A stretch of DNA of 64,000 nucleotides from Moniliella sp. 'wahieum' (GCA_003971905.1 RSEE01000030.1:434001-498000), one strand, 5' to 3'. Counted from the first letter of the stretch, positions 40,270-53,485 are shown. The notes: generated by a model from the sequence alone, not told the origin. Translations and numbers: made by a program.

Positions 40270-40888
40270 TGCGCCACCCAAGATCAGTTTCGATGGACTC
40301 TCTTGCTTGGCTCGACTGGCCAGGCCAGGCGGGTGGGCGGGCTTGCTTCTTCTGTATACATCCTTTCCATCGTGAGGCGCAGGACACGTTGTGTTCAATG
40401 GACTTTGTGCATCTTTATTGCCAGAATTCCGGATGGTTTCATCCGGGGGAGCGAGCTGGCCTGGGGGGAGGGGGGGAGTTGCACGGAGGGACCTAACTGT
40501 GTATTAGTTTGACTTCTTAGCTGATGATCTCGAGAGTTCGAGATCCGACGGAGTAAACAGGGGGCTCTCCGCGTCGATGGTGGTGGAATGCCAAATCACG
40601 AGGTGGAGCGGAGACCGGAGACCGGAGACTGGTGACGGGAGAAGGGAGTAGATGGTGACCAAAAAGAACTTGCTGGAGAACCGGGATAAGCAGGGGGGGT
40701 CCATACACGTGTGTATTGAGAATGTGTATCGCATCACCCATACAGGGCGAAAGAAAAAGCGAGGCAAATGAAGGGGAGGGGGGGGCGCCGGGGATTTTTC
40801 ACGAGTCATACTGACTATACCTAGCCAAGTACGGGTAGAAGAAAAAGCAAAGCATGTCGGACAGGGTGGTAGGGGGAGTCGGAATAGG

Positions 40889-42629
40889 TTAAAGTGGAGC
40901 CCGACGGGGTTCGATGGGGTGAAGAGGCGGGCCCATGGGGGCGGCTGCAGTCCGCGGGGATAAAGCGCCGGGAGCGGAAAAGGAACGGGCAAAGTCGCTG
41001 TCCCCAGGGGGAGGAGGGGGCGCATGGGAAGGGAGAGAGCTTGTGAGGCCACCACTCAGGTGACCGCCAGTACTTGGCAACCCCCCGCCTCGAGGAGGAA
41101 GAGCAATGTGGAGGGGCTCGTAGGGGAGCGCAGTGCTGGCGTAAGTGCCAAAGGGCGAGACAGGGGTTACCAGTCCCCCGGCGATTCCTCCGTGCGCATG
41201 GCCTGGACCCGAAGGAGCGAGGTGTTGAGAGGAATGAGAAGAATTTGGACCAGGTTGGTTGCGACCAATAAGGGGCGTCATGGTGTGCGTTTGGTTGGAG
41301 GGTTGGCCCAGGGGAGGGTAGGGGTCGGATGACAGTTTGTGTTCAAAGAGAGATACAGAGAAGGAAGTATTGCGGCTGGGGAGCATGGTTGAACCTGAGG
41401 ACAAGGTCGAAGGTCCCGAAGATCCACGCGATGGTGCGTCGGATTCAGAGGGTTGCACCTCGTACATGCCACTCATAGGGACCCGTTCGAAATTGGGTGG
41501 GACGAAGCCAATCGACCTGTTTCCTCGGTTCCCACTGGCGTAGGGAACCATAGACTCTGGTTAGGGGAAAGGGAGGGGGTATTGGAACTGCACCCTTGTG
41601 CCATCCATGATGCTTGGGAAGGATTGCCCTCTATGGGAAAGGACCACCGCTGCTGGTCCAGAGACCAATGGTCTTGCCGGCCTTCCTGCAACTCCCGCCC
41701 ATTGCCCGGTCCGGTACGGTGGGAAGCCAGCCGCAGCGGAGGGAATGGGAAAGGATCGTAGGCCCTCCTGCTGCCTCCCTAGTCAGCTCTGAGGAAGAGG
41801 GAGAGGGACCCTCCCTCTCAGGTTCGAGAGGGTGAAACGTGTTGGAAGGGAGGGGCGCAGGGTAAGAGCAAGGGTCCATTTGTGGTGTCGGTACGTGGTG
41901 GTTGGGCTGGGCGGGGGAAAAAGGAAGATAGGAGGACCGAGATTGCTGCTGATGGTCAACGGAGCTCTGAGCTCGGCGTGTGCGTTGACGGTGCTTGAGG
42001 GAAGGGATTTCCAATCCAGCTGCTTGGTAGGCGGCCCGTTCTTTACTGAATTTGTTAATGATGCATAGAAGCAAGAGATCAGTACATGAACGTGAGAGCA
42101 AAGGGCACAGAGCGAGATCAAAAGCACGCACTTGGAAGGAGGTCCCCGACGCATCAAAACGTCCGATCTGGTGCACTTTCGTCCCAAGTGAGCGCATCGC
42201 CCGCAAATCGGCATTTTGCGGTCACATTTCGTTTTCCTTTTCAAACGCAATCGGGTGAGCGATGCTCATGATGCTCGGGGCACAGAGAGAAGAGATGAAA
42301 AAGGGCGGGGAGGAAAGGAAAGGGGGAGGGGGGGAGGAAGAGAGACGTACCTGCGTCGGCAACTGTCGCAAGCCGGGTTTCCCTCATATGAGGAGCCGCT
42401 CCGGCGGCGCAAATTCTCAAGCGCGAGCATGGTCTGGTCAAGGCTGTCTCCTGGAGGGCAAGCCAGAGGAGTGGTTGTCGGGAAGAGCTGGGTCGCCCTC
42501 CGTAACTTCCTTGGCGCCATTCGGGGGGCTCCTGTACTCGGATGAGGAGGCGAGGGGCACAGGATGAGTGGATGGAGACGTCCAATAGGGCAGATGGGCA
42601 GACTGGCCCGGTGGACGAGGGGGCGGCAT
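40889..42629 (-). CDS. Zn(II)2Cys6 binuclear-cluster transcription factor; two introns; ends approximate
   Basis: Spliced ACDSCRRR|KTKCDRKMPICGRCAHLGRKC (C-x2-C-x6-C-x6-C-x2-C-x6-C), then RRGPPSK|KER; the rest is S/P-rich. Confidence 0.85.
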
Positions 42630-44493
42630 GAGTCGGGACCCTATAAGTTAGCAGGCGGGAGTGGGCAGGGGATGGAAGAAGGGCGAAACGGATCTGTCTG
42701 TTGGGGAATGCGCACAGTCCACAGAAACGAAAGCCGTCCAAGAGAAAGAGGTGGGGTGCACTCTGGTAGCCGTGTGTGCTGGACGCTGGGGCCCTGGGGA
42801 TGGGGATGGAGGAGGGGAGGACGGGGACAAAGGAAAGAAGGAATGAACAGAATGCCAGAGCCTTTTCCCTGTAGTGGAAAGGGCAAAGTGGGAGCAAAGA
42901 ATGCCGAAGGAGCAACGCAAGGTTTGAGAGAGAGTGGTTCCAACTGTTGTACGTGAGGCGCGCTGGTGGCAAATAAGAGAGACCCCCCAGACTGACCAGG
43001 TTGCCACCGCGGGGGGGAAATTTATCCCCCTGTGGAAGACCACGTCACATCCCAGTTTGCGCATGCTCGTCCTCTATCCTATACCGTCATGCCGGGGACG
43101 CGCAGCAGGGCACACGGTTGCAATGACGCTGCGAAGATGCATCTGCATGATGCGTGAGGCGTGAGGGGCGTCAGGCCTGTAGCCAGCCCGAGGCGTACTG
43201 CCTGCTACTGCATGGTGTGGCATGGTGTGGGAAGCTCTCTGCGGCATGTTTGGGACGAACGGATAAGGAGGAAAGACTCAACTCAGTACTCGGTACTTTC
43301 CGTATATACTCAGTACGCAACGTCTCAACGTCCCACGTCCAACGTTCAACGTTCAGCTCACTCGGCACTGCACAGCTCTACGGATGGCATAGTACATTGT
43401 GGTGCCCACAACCCGGGCACTATACTAGCCCCAAAGTGAGGAACGCACCGGGACGAGGGGCTCCAGTGACGATATAGCCACGGTGTACTGAGAGCAAGCC
43501 CTCGGCTTGGGTAGACATATCACATGGCGTTTTATTGTTTCTTTCGGAAGAGGTGCCGCGCAGTGGGACCTTGTGCGGGGCTGCAATGCCGCGCTGCTGC
43601 CGCTAGTGCCAGGATGTGTCAAGCGCACCAGCTTAGCGCTTACAGCGGGTGCGCCAGGAGGCAGACAGGTGGCAACACGGAATCGAGAAGGAGCGAGTGG
43701 GAAGGCGGGCGAGCGTTCAGTCTCTCGACACACCGAGCGCCAAGAGCAACCCAGCCACTTGTCGGGCATCAGCTGGGTGTGCAACGCGTATGGCCGACGA
43801 GACGCTGCGCCCACGGGCGTCGCCAGGTGATAGCAACGGGGCCAGAGAGGAGGGACAAGTGACTCCTCGAGTGGCCAGTGCTAGTGACCAGTGAATAGGG
43901 AAGCTTGGAGCTGGAAGCTAGTTGCCGGAACGAACAACTAGCATACCTATGTTGCATTGCGTTGGGGTGGGGTGCTGCGCGGCCAGGTACCACAACATTG
44001 CATTTGGGCTGCCCGCAGCAGGCGGCAGGCGGCGCACGCATCATGCATCATGCACCAACGTTTCTCGGTTCAATTGTGCACAGTCCTGTTACAAGACTGC
44101 CTGGCCAGGCAAAGCCAGGCAGGAGGGGGCAGTGGCCCGTGGGCGAGACAGCAGAGCAAGTAATGCCATTCGATCGTCGGGCCCATCGCGGGGTGGGGGT
44201 GGCAGAGCGCACCAGAGGGGGCAGCACGCGGCAGCCGTGGCCAGGAGAGGCCATGTGCATACACGGGCCATCCGTGGTACCTGGCTGGAGCATTTCCAGC
44301 GCCCAGCCCCGCTCAGCCGCTGATGTGCTCAGCCACTCATGTACTCATGTACATACACCATGCATCATCCATCAGTGCGTCAGGTTGTCCCGCGTCACTG
44401 ATCCCGCCGATCATCGATCATCGGACTGCGAACACACATGGCCGCCCTAGTGCTCCATCCGACGAACGATTGGGGCTCGGCGCTCGATGAGCT

Positions 44494-44610
44494 CGATGGG
44501 CGATGGCGATGGGCGATGGACGCTGGGCCATGGGCCATGGGCGCATGGGCGATGGTCGATGGTCGATGGGCGATGGCTATGGGCTATGGGCGATGGTCGA
44601 TGGTCATTGA
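44494..44610 (+). repeat. degenerate 7-bp tandem repeat (NNNATGG)n
   Basis: gggcgatgg, gggccatgg, gtcgatggtcgatgg and gggctatgg units in mostly 7-bp register. Confidence 0.8.
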
Positions 44611-44819
44611 GATCGCTGAGCAGTGGGTTAATGGATGTGGCTGCTGGGTGCTGGGTGGCCGTGTTGGCCGTGAAGCTTGAAGCCGGCCAGCGGCAGTCGT
44701 TGCCGACACCATCCGTGAGCGATATCAACGTTACGTTAGAAAGGCAGGGTGTACATACGCCCATTGCCCAAGAATGTGCATGTGGCATGTGCATGGAGCT
44801 GGCGCGAGGAGGCCTGAGG

Positions 44820-47800
44820 GCATCAATCATCGATATTCGCTTCCGATCATCGATCGCCGCTCACCAATCATGCATCATGTAATCATGTGTACCACCCATC
44901 ATGCATCATGCATCACTAGTCACTAGTCAGTAGTCACTGGGCGCACCATCCCCGAATCCATCATCGAAAGCTACATGTCGGGTGTCGAGAAAATTGAAAT
45001 CCTTGCCGAAGACAGTTCCTGCCAACACCGATTCCACACTGGTGTACAAGCCATGTGTGAGATGTGCCACTCACCGACCCTTCGGATTGCCCGGCTCCGT
45101 CGAGGGCCGTATATTATTACGTGGGTCACACGTCACAGTCACATGTCACATTAGTTACTAGTTACTAGTTACTAGTTACTAGATCATCGATCACTCGATC
45201 ACTCGCCCCACCCACTCGAAGACTTTTGTCACATGCGAATATGTACACTTGCTACCGCACGCCGCACGGTGCAAGACTCTCCTAATTTCAAAGCGCTAAA
45301 ACCGCTGAGCCTCAGATCTCTGATCTCAAAGCCCTGGCTAAGATTCTGTGTGACATGTGACATGTGACATGTGATCTTTGAAATTTGATGTTTGAAGTCG
45401 AAGCGACATGTCGAAAAGTAATGTTTAATCCCCGTCCATGTCACTATCCGCAGCCATCAGTCGCTACGTATCCTCTGCTTTGTCGCAGAAAGCACGCCGA
45501 GTCGGGCTTAAGACCATGGGGGCTTTTGGATTGTGTTCGGAGTAGCAGCCTGATGCATGTGAGCGCGTGCGCGCTCAGCCTGAGCGCTCAGCTTGCGTAG
45601 CGCTAAGCTTAGCCTGAGCGTGTGACAGTGACATGTCAGTGACCTGTGACATGCGGGGTCTGAGATTTGAGGGCCTAAGGACTATGGAGATCGCATGGAT
45701 AGCAGGAGGGAAGTGGGGCGAGTGTTCGCTTTTAGGTACCGGTACCTCGCCTTTTTTCGACTTGGAATTATTTCCTGTACACTCTTTGTTCTTCAGCCTG
45801 CGTCGTACCTTCATCATCATGTCGGATGAGGTCGATGAGGCTAACACGTCTGGCTGGAATCCCCAGAATCACCGCCACCCCCCCTCACTCAGATCGTGCT
45901 TTGCTAAGCGCTAATGCCGGCCATGGGGCCTGGTTACTAGCAGGTCACTTGACCAGTCCGAAGCAAAAGTGATTCTAGCTGCCGTGCGGCGTCGAGTACC
46001 ACACTGAGAAGCAAAGAGGACTCAGTACTCAGTACTCAGTACTCAGTACTCAATGTTCAAAGTTCAACTTGCAAAGCAAGTACCCCTGTTGCATCTTTTG
46101 TGTGGCCAAAAAGAAAACCTGTGACTCTTTGTGGCTTGGGGAAAGGGTTTGATTTGGAACTTCGTAACTATATCTACTTGTACAGATGCATGCTGCGCGC
46201 TGGGCATGATCGATGATCGGTGATCGGAACCTAATAACGATGATCTATCCTCAGATACTTAGTTACTTAGTACTTACTTATTCGCGAGGGGGTCTGTGAC
46301 ACATGTGACACTAGTTACTAATTACTGTTACTTGTGACGCGTGACACAACGATTGACATGACAAGCCCACATCGCCCTGCCTTTGCATCCACGCCAAGTA
46401 AGAGTGCTCTCAGTTCTCCTCAGTTGCTCAGCCCCTGAGTATACCAGTGCTGAGGCTGAGCCTCAGGCTCAGCGGCAGCCCGCACTCTTGGCCGGCTCCG
46501 CTCTCAACTCCGCCATCGGAGATCATCGATCAGTGTGCAGAACCAGGCCGATTGTATTCCTGACCGTGTATTGAGTTCTGATTAATGAACTGATTTCTGA
46601 CCTCTTCTGGGATGTGGGGTCTGGGTCAGCCTGAGCGCTGAGCCTCAGCTCAGCGCTCAGCGCCAGCGCGCGCTCGGAGCTCACTGGCATCAGTGTCGCA
46701 ACAGGTGTTCAGCCACTGTAGAAGATAACTGCGTCAACTTCTTCAGTGTCATAACTCGCTCTTCTTCTCGCGGGCTGGCTTTGCGGAGAGCTAAAGGCGG
46801 TGACGGTACCAGAGAGGCCCTCTGGGGCCTGAGGCCGCCTGAGGCTTCAAGCGTCAACGTACTCAACCTTCAACCTTCAAACTTCAAGCTTCAACCTTCA
46901 ACCTTCAAGCTTCAACTTGAAGCATGAGAGATGCAGGGTGTAATATGCAACAGAATGGAATCAATGCGCCGAGATCACACAATGCACCGGTGCGCGCGCC
47001 ACCCGTGAAGTGTGATACATTGGCATATGTCATGTGAAATGGCGCAGCCATCAGTGCGTCAGTGCATGAGTGCTCAGTCCAACATTCTTACCTTTTGCGT
47101 AGCACTCCGCCGTGAGTACTGAGTGGCGTGACGCGTGAACCGCACGTTTCCGGCTCAAACACGGGGGCCGCAGGGTTCTTCGTCCTCGTCAAGCGTGACG
47201 TACGGGTCATCCATTATATCGATTTTATAACACTTGGCACTTTGATGCATAAGGGTACTCGGTAGGGGTAACTAGTAACTCGTCGTTAACTAGTAACTAG
47301 CTGTCAAAGTCTTGTAAAGCTGTAAAGGTTAAAATGCTAACCACAATACCTAGAACTAGTAAGCAGTAACTAGTAACTGCTGGGAAAAAGTAACTCGCAA
47401 CTATTGTACTCGGTAACTCAACGTTCAACGTACTCAACAGTTCTTCTGGTGCCGTCGCTGTTTCGCCGAAAAAGGGAATGGAGAGCTAGCACATGCTGCC
47501 CTCCGATATTGAACGTCAACGTGTCAACATGTCAACGTTCAACGTTGCCGCGTGACGCGCGGACCGTGCGCGCGTATATTTTACTCACGTTTTACCGCGT
47601 TGCTGTGGGTTAGCTGGGTTACCGGTTAGCGGCTCTGCTACCTCTGTTATATGTTCCGGTTCCTGCGTTATACGTGTTACATGCGTTACAGGCTACCGCG
47701 GAGGGAGCATGTGTCCAGCGCTCACAGACACTTGTCTTTCACGGAGTGCTCTCCTACCTATCCCGACTTCAAGCTCTTTCATAGTATACGCTTCAAGCTT

Positions 47801-49240
47801 CAGTAAGGCTCAAGAGCGCACCCGCTGCTTCCCGCTTGAAGTTGAAGCATGAAGCTTGAAGCCTGATGAAGAACCGCCTGACCCTTGAACCTTGTTAGAA
47901 CTCACAGCGCTCATTATTCATTGAAAATATTGAAGCTTGAAGCTGAGAGCCCCACAACTGGAAGAAGTTCTTGTAGCTGGGATACGGATGGACTTGAAGC
48001 TTAATGCATCATTCATGTTGCATGTGAAGTCGGTAGGCGACCAAATATATGAGCGAGAATCCATATTCAACGTTACATGTTACACTTCAATTCAGTACTC
48101 ATTCCCTCCTCAGGCGTAGGAGTTCCGTTGTTTTTTGCTTCGGTTTCCTTGTTCCGCATCCAAGCCTGCCTAGCCTCTGGCGGGGACTCTTGGCTGCTGT
48201 TGATGCATGATGTACATCTGTACAGGCGTTGCTGTTGGCTTATTATATAGTTGACCATACCACAACCAGATTGCATCTCCTTCGAGCTCGAGGACCATCA
48301 AGACTTCAGGTCTCATATCACATTCAACTTTGTTGCACTGGGACTGCTGTTAGTACTTAGTGGCGCTTCCCTATAGTTATAGTGGTTTGGTCGAATAGAC
48401 TTTTGGCCTGCGCCGCACTCCCACATGGCGCCTCCACCTTGTTCCAATTGTGATCAAAAGCCGCACGTGTGTATGTAGGCGCCGCTGGGCGCATTCCTCT
48501 GTTCGTCTTTCTTACCACCGCAAATTTTGCTCAACTCGCTACCGCGTTACCCATTATCGCTCATCTGCTTCTAATAGCTCAGACCCCGACGTCTGCCTGC
48601 CGTAGTACGTCGCTACACAAAAACTTTCCACGACGTTAATCCCAAATGATCGATAGTCGATAGGCGATCGATCTCGATGAGATCTCGATCATCGAGCGAT
48701 CCGGATCGGCGTACATTCCTTGAAGAACACTTCAAGCTTAGTTCCACGCCTGTGGCTTTGAAGCTCTGAGATCCGAAGCTTGAATTACTGAGTACTGAGT
48801 TGAGTAGTCTGGGTACTGTGAATTATTGCTAGTTACAGTTCAGACTGATGAGTACGTTGAATACTGAGTACTGAGTGTACTGAGTACTCCGACTGAGTAC
48901 TGGGTACTGGTGTTGAGCGCGTCACGCGCCACTCCATCATCTCGGTCACCGGTCAGGCGTTCTTGACATCCAGTTTCAATCTTCAACGTTCAACGGCCGC
49001 AGTGCGCGCGTGTGGGTTGGTCCAGGTTGGTCCGCTTTTTGTCAGACACGATGAATGATTATCGATTAATGGGGCATGATGCATGGCGTATGGTGCACTC
49101 AGCCTGAGGAGAATGGAGGGTGTGTGATTCTGAGGCGCGGGGCAGCAGGCTCTGAGACGAGCAATGTGCATGTCACATGTCACATGTCACGGGCCCTGGG
49201 GGCAGGGGGGTTAAGCGCTAAGCCTTTTAGCGCTAAAATG
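44820..49240. repeat. gene-free island of heptad TNA+palindrome microarrays
   Basis: (TTACTAG)4 at 45155-45182; (TGACATG)3TGA at 45351-45374; (TCAGTAC)4TCA at 46022-46052; TCA-A(C/G/A)CT x7 at 46863-46914; many shorter arrays. Confidence 0.85.
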
Positions 49241-51036
49241 GGATACAATTTACAATCTCTTGAAGGACCGTCACGGAGTCGACTCTTAAGGTATGGTCGC
49301 TCTTGGGAGGCTTGTTGGTGCATCGACGACGTAATAGCAGGGGCGACTCTCCTTTTGATCAGTGGCGAGAGAGGCTGCGTAGGAACCCCAGCCAGTTGGG
49401 CAATATGATAGTAAAAAACGTGTCTAAGAAAGGCATATTCGTATCCCCCGGGACGGGAAACGGGGCCGGGGAAAGCAACGTTACCGAACATGGTCTGGAG
49501 AGCCGGAACCGGATGGGAGCTGAGACTGAAGTAGGCTGGGACTGGATGTGGAGGACGAGAGAGAAATAATGGGGAGATGGTTGTTCTATTCCGGAAAGAA
49601 GATTCTCAACAGTAGAGGAAAGATACGGAGAAAGGGGGAGGGTCGGACAGGAAGACATGATTACGATGAAATGGTATGTCATGCTAGTGTATTTACAATC
49701 ACGCCAACACTGAAACCTTCACGGATTGGATACGGTCTAAAGCCGAACAGTGAGTGGCTGACAAAAGCTGAAGCTGTGAGAGATGGGAAGATGAGAGAGG
49801 TGAAGAGGCGGAGAGCAGAGGAGGCAACTAGAAGAGAACAGAAGAGGAGTTATCAGTATACCGTATAGGCTTTAGAGAAGACGGGAGCTAAAAGAGGTCC
49901 ACGGATCATGGATAGAAACCACGAACCAAATTGCTTTTACAGGCACTGCTGGGGAGACTAAAGGGAAAAGAGCACAGAGCAGAGAGGGAGAACGGGGGGT
50001 AGACGGGACTGAGGAGCAGTCACCACAAGGCAGTCTGTCTCGGGGAGGGAACCATGAAGCGAAAGCAGACTCGCAGAACTGAGTTCCCGATTAGGACGAA
50101 GCGTGGGTAAAAACAAAACCAAGGGACGACTGTCGTCGCCACGGATTCGCAGGTCGATGGGCGCTCGCGCCACCGGACACGGTGTGGTCATACGCATAGT
50201 CGGTGGGAATGTGTGTGTGATGTGAGGCTCAGGCATTATGTGCACCATGAAGTGCACATGATGGTCCTCGTGGGTGATGCAATCGCGATACTAGTAGTAT
50301 AGTGGTGTTGGCGGCGCTCGAACACCACCCTTCATTCTCAGAGAGGGGCATCAAGCAGTCACAGCCGCCACCAGGCCTGTGGCTTCGGAACAGAGAAGGC
50401 AGAAGCAGAAAACATTGGGGCTGTGGGCTACGGAAGGACTGCAGGATTCTTGGCCACACGAACAAAAGCCAGACTGTTGTGACGAAGAGACGAAGTCACA
50501 GCGAGCTCGATAACGATTCCCAACATTTGAGGGCCTTTCTTTTTCCAGAGAGTAGGGATCAGGATTCAATCTATGCTGCCACTTCTCCCATGCCAAATTC
50601 GTGAGGAGATGATGTAGTTTCCCAAAAGAGAGAGAAGACCCTCTGCAGCATTGCCCTATTGCAGGCCACTTGCTTGCCCTCGTACATCTATATTATTATA
50701 CGCATTCAACTACGCTCCAAGGTTTGCCTCTCCTCATGTCTTCTCTGCTGCTTTCCCCAATTCGATGCTTCCTTCCCTCCGTGGTTGTGATCAGCTCCCT
50801 AATTCTTCCAGACAGTGGCAGCCATTGATTGCGGCCACTTGGACACGGCGCAACAGTTCAGTGTTCAACATGTTCAACTTCCAAAAGCCATAAACAAGCG
50901 TTGAGCGCTGGCTGAGGGAAGAGCGTGCAAGCGACAAAGAGTCAAATTATAGATTAGTTCGCCTCCTCCTCGTCCTCTTCCTCATCAACATTATCCCCAT
51001 CAGTGTTGGTGACAGCCTTGCCCTGTACCGTACCAC

Positions 51037-53485
51037 TCATTGGCTTCCTCTTTTTGCCCTTCTTCTTTTCTTCCCCGCCGAAGAGACCTCAGCCTGGTCG
51101 GTAGCCATCCGCTGACGGAACTGTTCGGCGCGGGAAAGGGGTTTGGCCGGGAGAGGCAATACGGTGCCATCTGCCAGCCCGTCAACGTTGGCAGCAGCCA
51201 CGGCCGACATGGCTTCGATTTGGAACATCATGTCCCGGTTTAGATCCTTCTGCTCCGCCAGATCAGCCGCGTTTTGAGCCAATTGGGAACGCAGTGTGCT
51301 TGTCTCAGCCTCGGCGACACGCAAGTTGGCGCTGAGAGCTGTAGTGAGCGCCCGTTCTTGAGCTAGCTTGTCTGCAACCTCGGCCGCCCGATGCGATTGC
51401 CTCTCTACCTCCTGAAGTGCTTGCTCCTTTGCCAACGCAGCATTCGTTGCGCCTTCCCGAGCCTGTTCAAGCAGTTGGCCCAAGCTTTCATGTCGTTCTT
51501 GGAGTTCGATCAGATCCTGTGCCGCAAACGCACGTTGCTCGGCCTCTTGACTGCGGCGCAGCTCAGATCGAAGCGCTGCCTCATAGTATCTCCGTTGCTT
51601 GTCAAGTTGCGAGGAAAGGAGATAAGAAAATTCGAGTCCAACCGACTCAAGTTTCTTGGCCGCCGCGGCCTCACCAGATCCATCGCCTTCGCACCGTCCT
51701 GCGGCCGCCATGAGCACTGCTTGTGTAGCCGACGCATCCGCCTCGGCCTCAGCTTTAGCCGCTGCGGCGACCGCGGACGCGGCGCTGCATTCGCCAGGAT
51801 ACTCCACCTCTTAGGCCCGCTCGTCGTTCCTGTCGAAAGTTCCACTAGACCGCCATTGTTTTGCGTGCGCAGAAGGCGGTGGACATAGCGGTCTTCGGTG
51901 TAGTCCCATACTCGCTGAGTATCGAGTTCGAGCGAGTACCGGTGGCCCGAAACTTGGTAATGTGCATGCGCATGGCGGCGCTGTACCGCCCGCACCCTAC
52001 TGCCGCGCAAAGAAGGCAGACCCACAAATCGTCCGAAGTGCCGCAGGAAACACATCGTGCCGATGCCTGGGGCGCGCCATTGGGGCCCGAAGTATACCTG
52101 CACACGGGACAGCGGCTGGCACCCCACCGACTGAGGCAGGCACAGTGGAAAGTGTGTTGGCAAGGGGATGGTCATCAAGCCCGAGATACTCGCATCGAGT
52201 CGCTCCAGACAGACGGCACATGTCGGCAGCTTGCAGCCCTACTGTACTGCCCCGCCCACAGGAGGATCAGGATCAAAGCGGGAGGGATGCGGGGGAAGCC
52301 CGGCGGCGGCATGGGCTGCAGCAGACGAGGCATTGGCCCCCGGTACGTGACCTGTATGGGAAATGGTGACGCTGGTCACATAGACCACTTGGCAAATTTC
52401 GCTGGGACGGAGAGCGCTGTAGGTGCCCATGAAAAAGCTTGTAAAACTCCTCTGCATCGTCCGCATTCGGAATTTGAGTAACACGATTGCTGGTTGGGCA
52501 GTGTCTCTCTGCGAAAGTAGCTTTGGTTCATAGTGGAGAAGGGGGAGAAACGTACCGGATCATGCGCAGGTGACTGATAGCCCCAGGCCGGCTCAACAAA
52601 CTCAAGAAAATCTGAGGCAGTCATCGTGGCAGGCACAGCCAAGACGGCGAGGATGGTGCCCATCTCCTCCGCTTGCTGAGGGGGAGCAGGAGGAGGGGTT
52701 GGGGGTCCCGGGCATCTTGGTCGGCGTCGACCGATCACGAAACAGATGAACGACGCCAAACGTCACGTCCGTTGATCCTTAGTAAAAGAGTCGGAAGATG
52801 GGCATGTTGGTGAAGGGGAGGCCACATCGTGGATGCTGAACGTGCTCTGGGGGTGGAACGCAGCCAATGGGCCTTGTGGGGCATCTGACGAGGAACGGTG
52901 ACTGCTCCCACTCGAGAGCTCTCTGCCGCATCAGCAAACTCGATCTGGATCGGACCAAGCGCAGGTCGACGGAGGATGCAGGGGAGGCGATGGGGGGCGG
53001 GCGTCAAGGTTATGCGTATGGTGTTCTCCCTGCCGATGCGAGCGACTGAGCGATGTCCGACAACGGAGGAGGGACCTGCGAATCCCCGTCAAAGCGGGAT
53101 ACCTGGCCAAGCTGAGTCATGGCGCGGTGCGTCTGAGCCACAGCTTGCTGTGGCTCAGACGGTGGTGAGGTGGGAGCCAACGGGCGGGGAGGGGGTGAAG
53201 AGGGGTGGATCGCCAGCAGGGGTACAAAATATGTGCCTTCACGACGCAGGGCATCCAGCTCAGCGTCCCAGTCTGGGAGAGCAGAGCTGCTACTGGCCGC
53301 GCTGCCTGCCGGGCTGTTCTCGTACACAGTCATGTGGACCCGGTATGCGGACCAGCGCCGGGCGGGGGAGGTGTGGAGGCCGGGGCGGAGGAGCGTGTGC
53401 GACGGGAAGAGTGAGCCGAGCGTGCCACGGGGGCTGCGCCTGGGGGTCTAGAGGGAGACGAGGTGGATGCGGGGGTGCGCGACAT
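51037..53485 (-). CDS. ETP1: BRAP2/Etp1 RING and ZnF-UBP E3 ubiquitin ligase; frameshifts; start approximate
   Basis: [35 protein letters not shown] ([30 protein letters not shown] across frames), Zn[74 protein letters not shown], coiled coil. Confidence 0.9.

Noticed and set aside
45351..45374. Heptad arrays as deliberate three-frame stop cassettes (TGA or TAA every 7 bp)
   Set aside because: True arithmetically, but the arrays are not placed at ORF ends, occur in both orientations, and this would not explain palindromic spacers.
44820..49240. CRISPR-like array
   Set aside because: No constant 25-45 bp repeat with unique spacers, no cas genes, and the context is eukaryotic; the units are only 7 bp.
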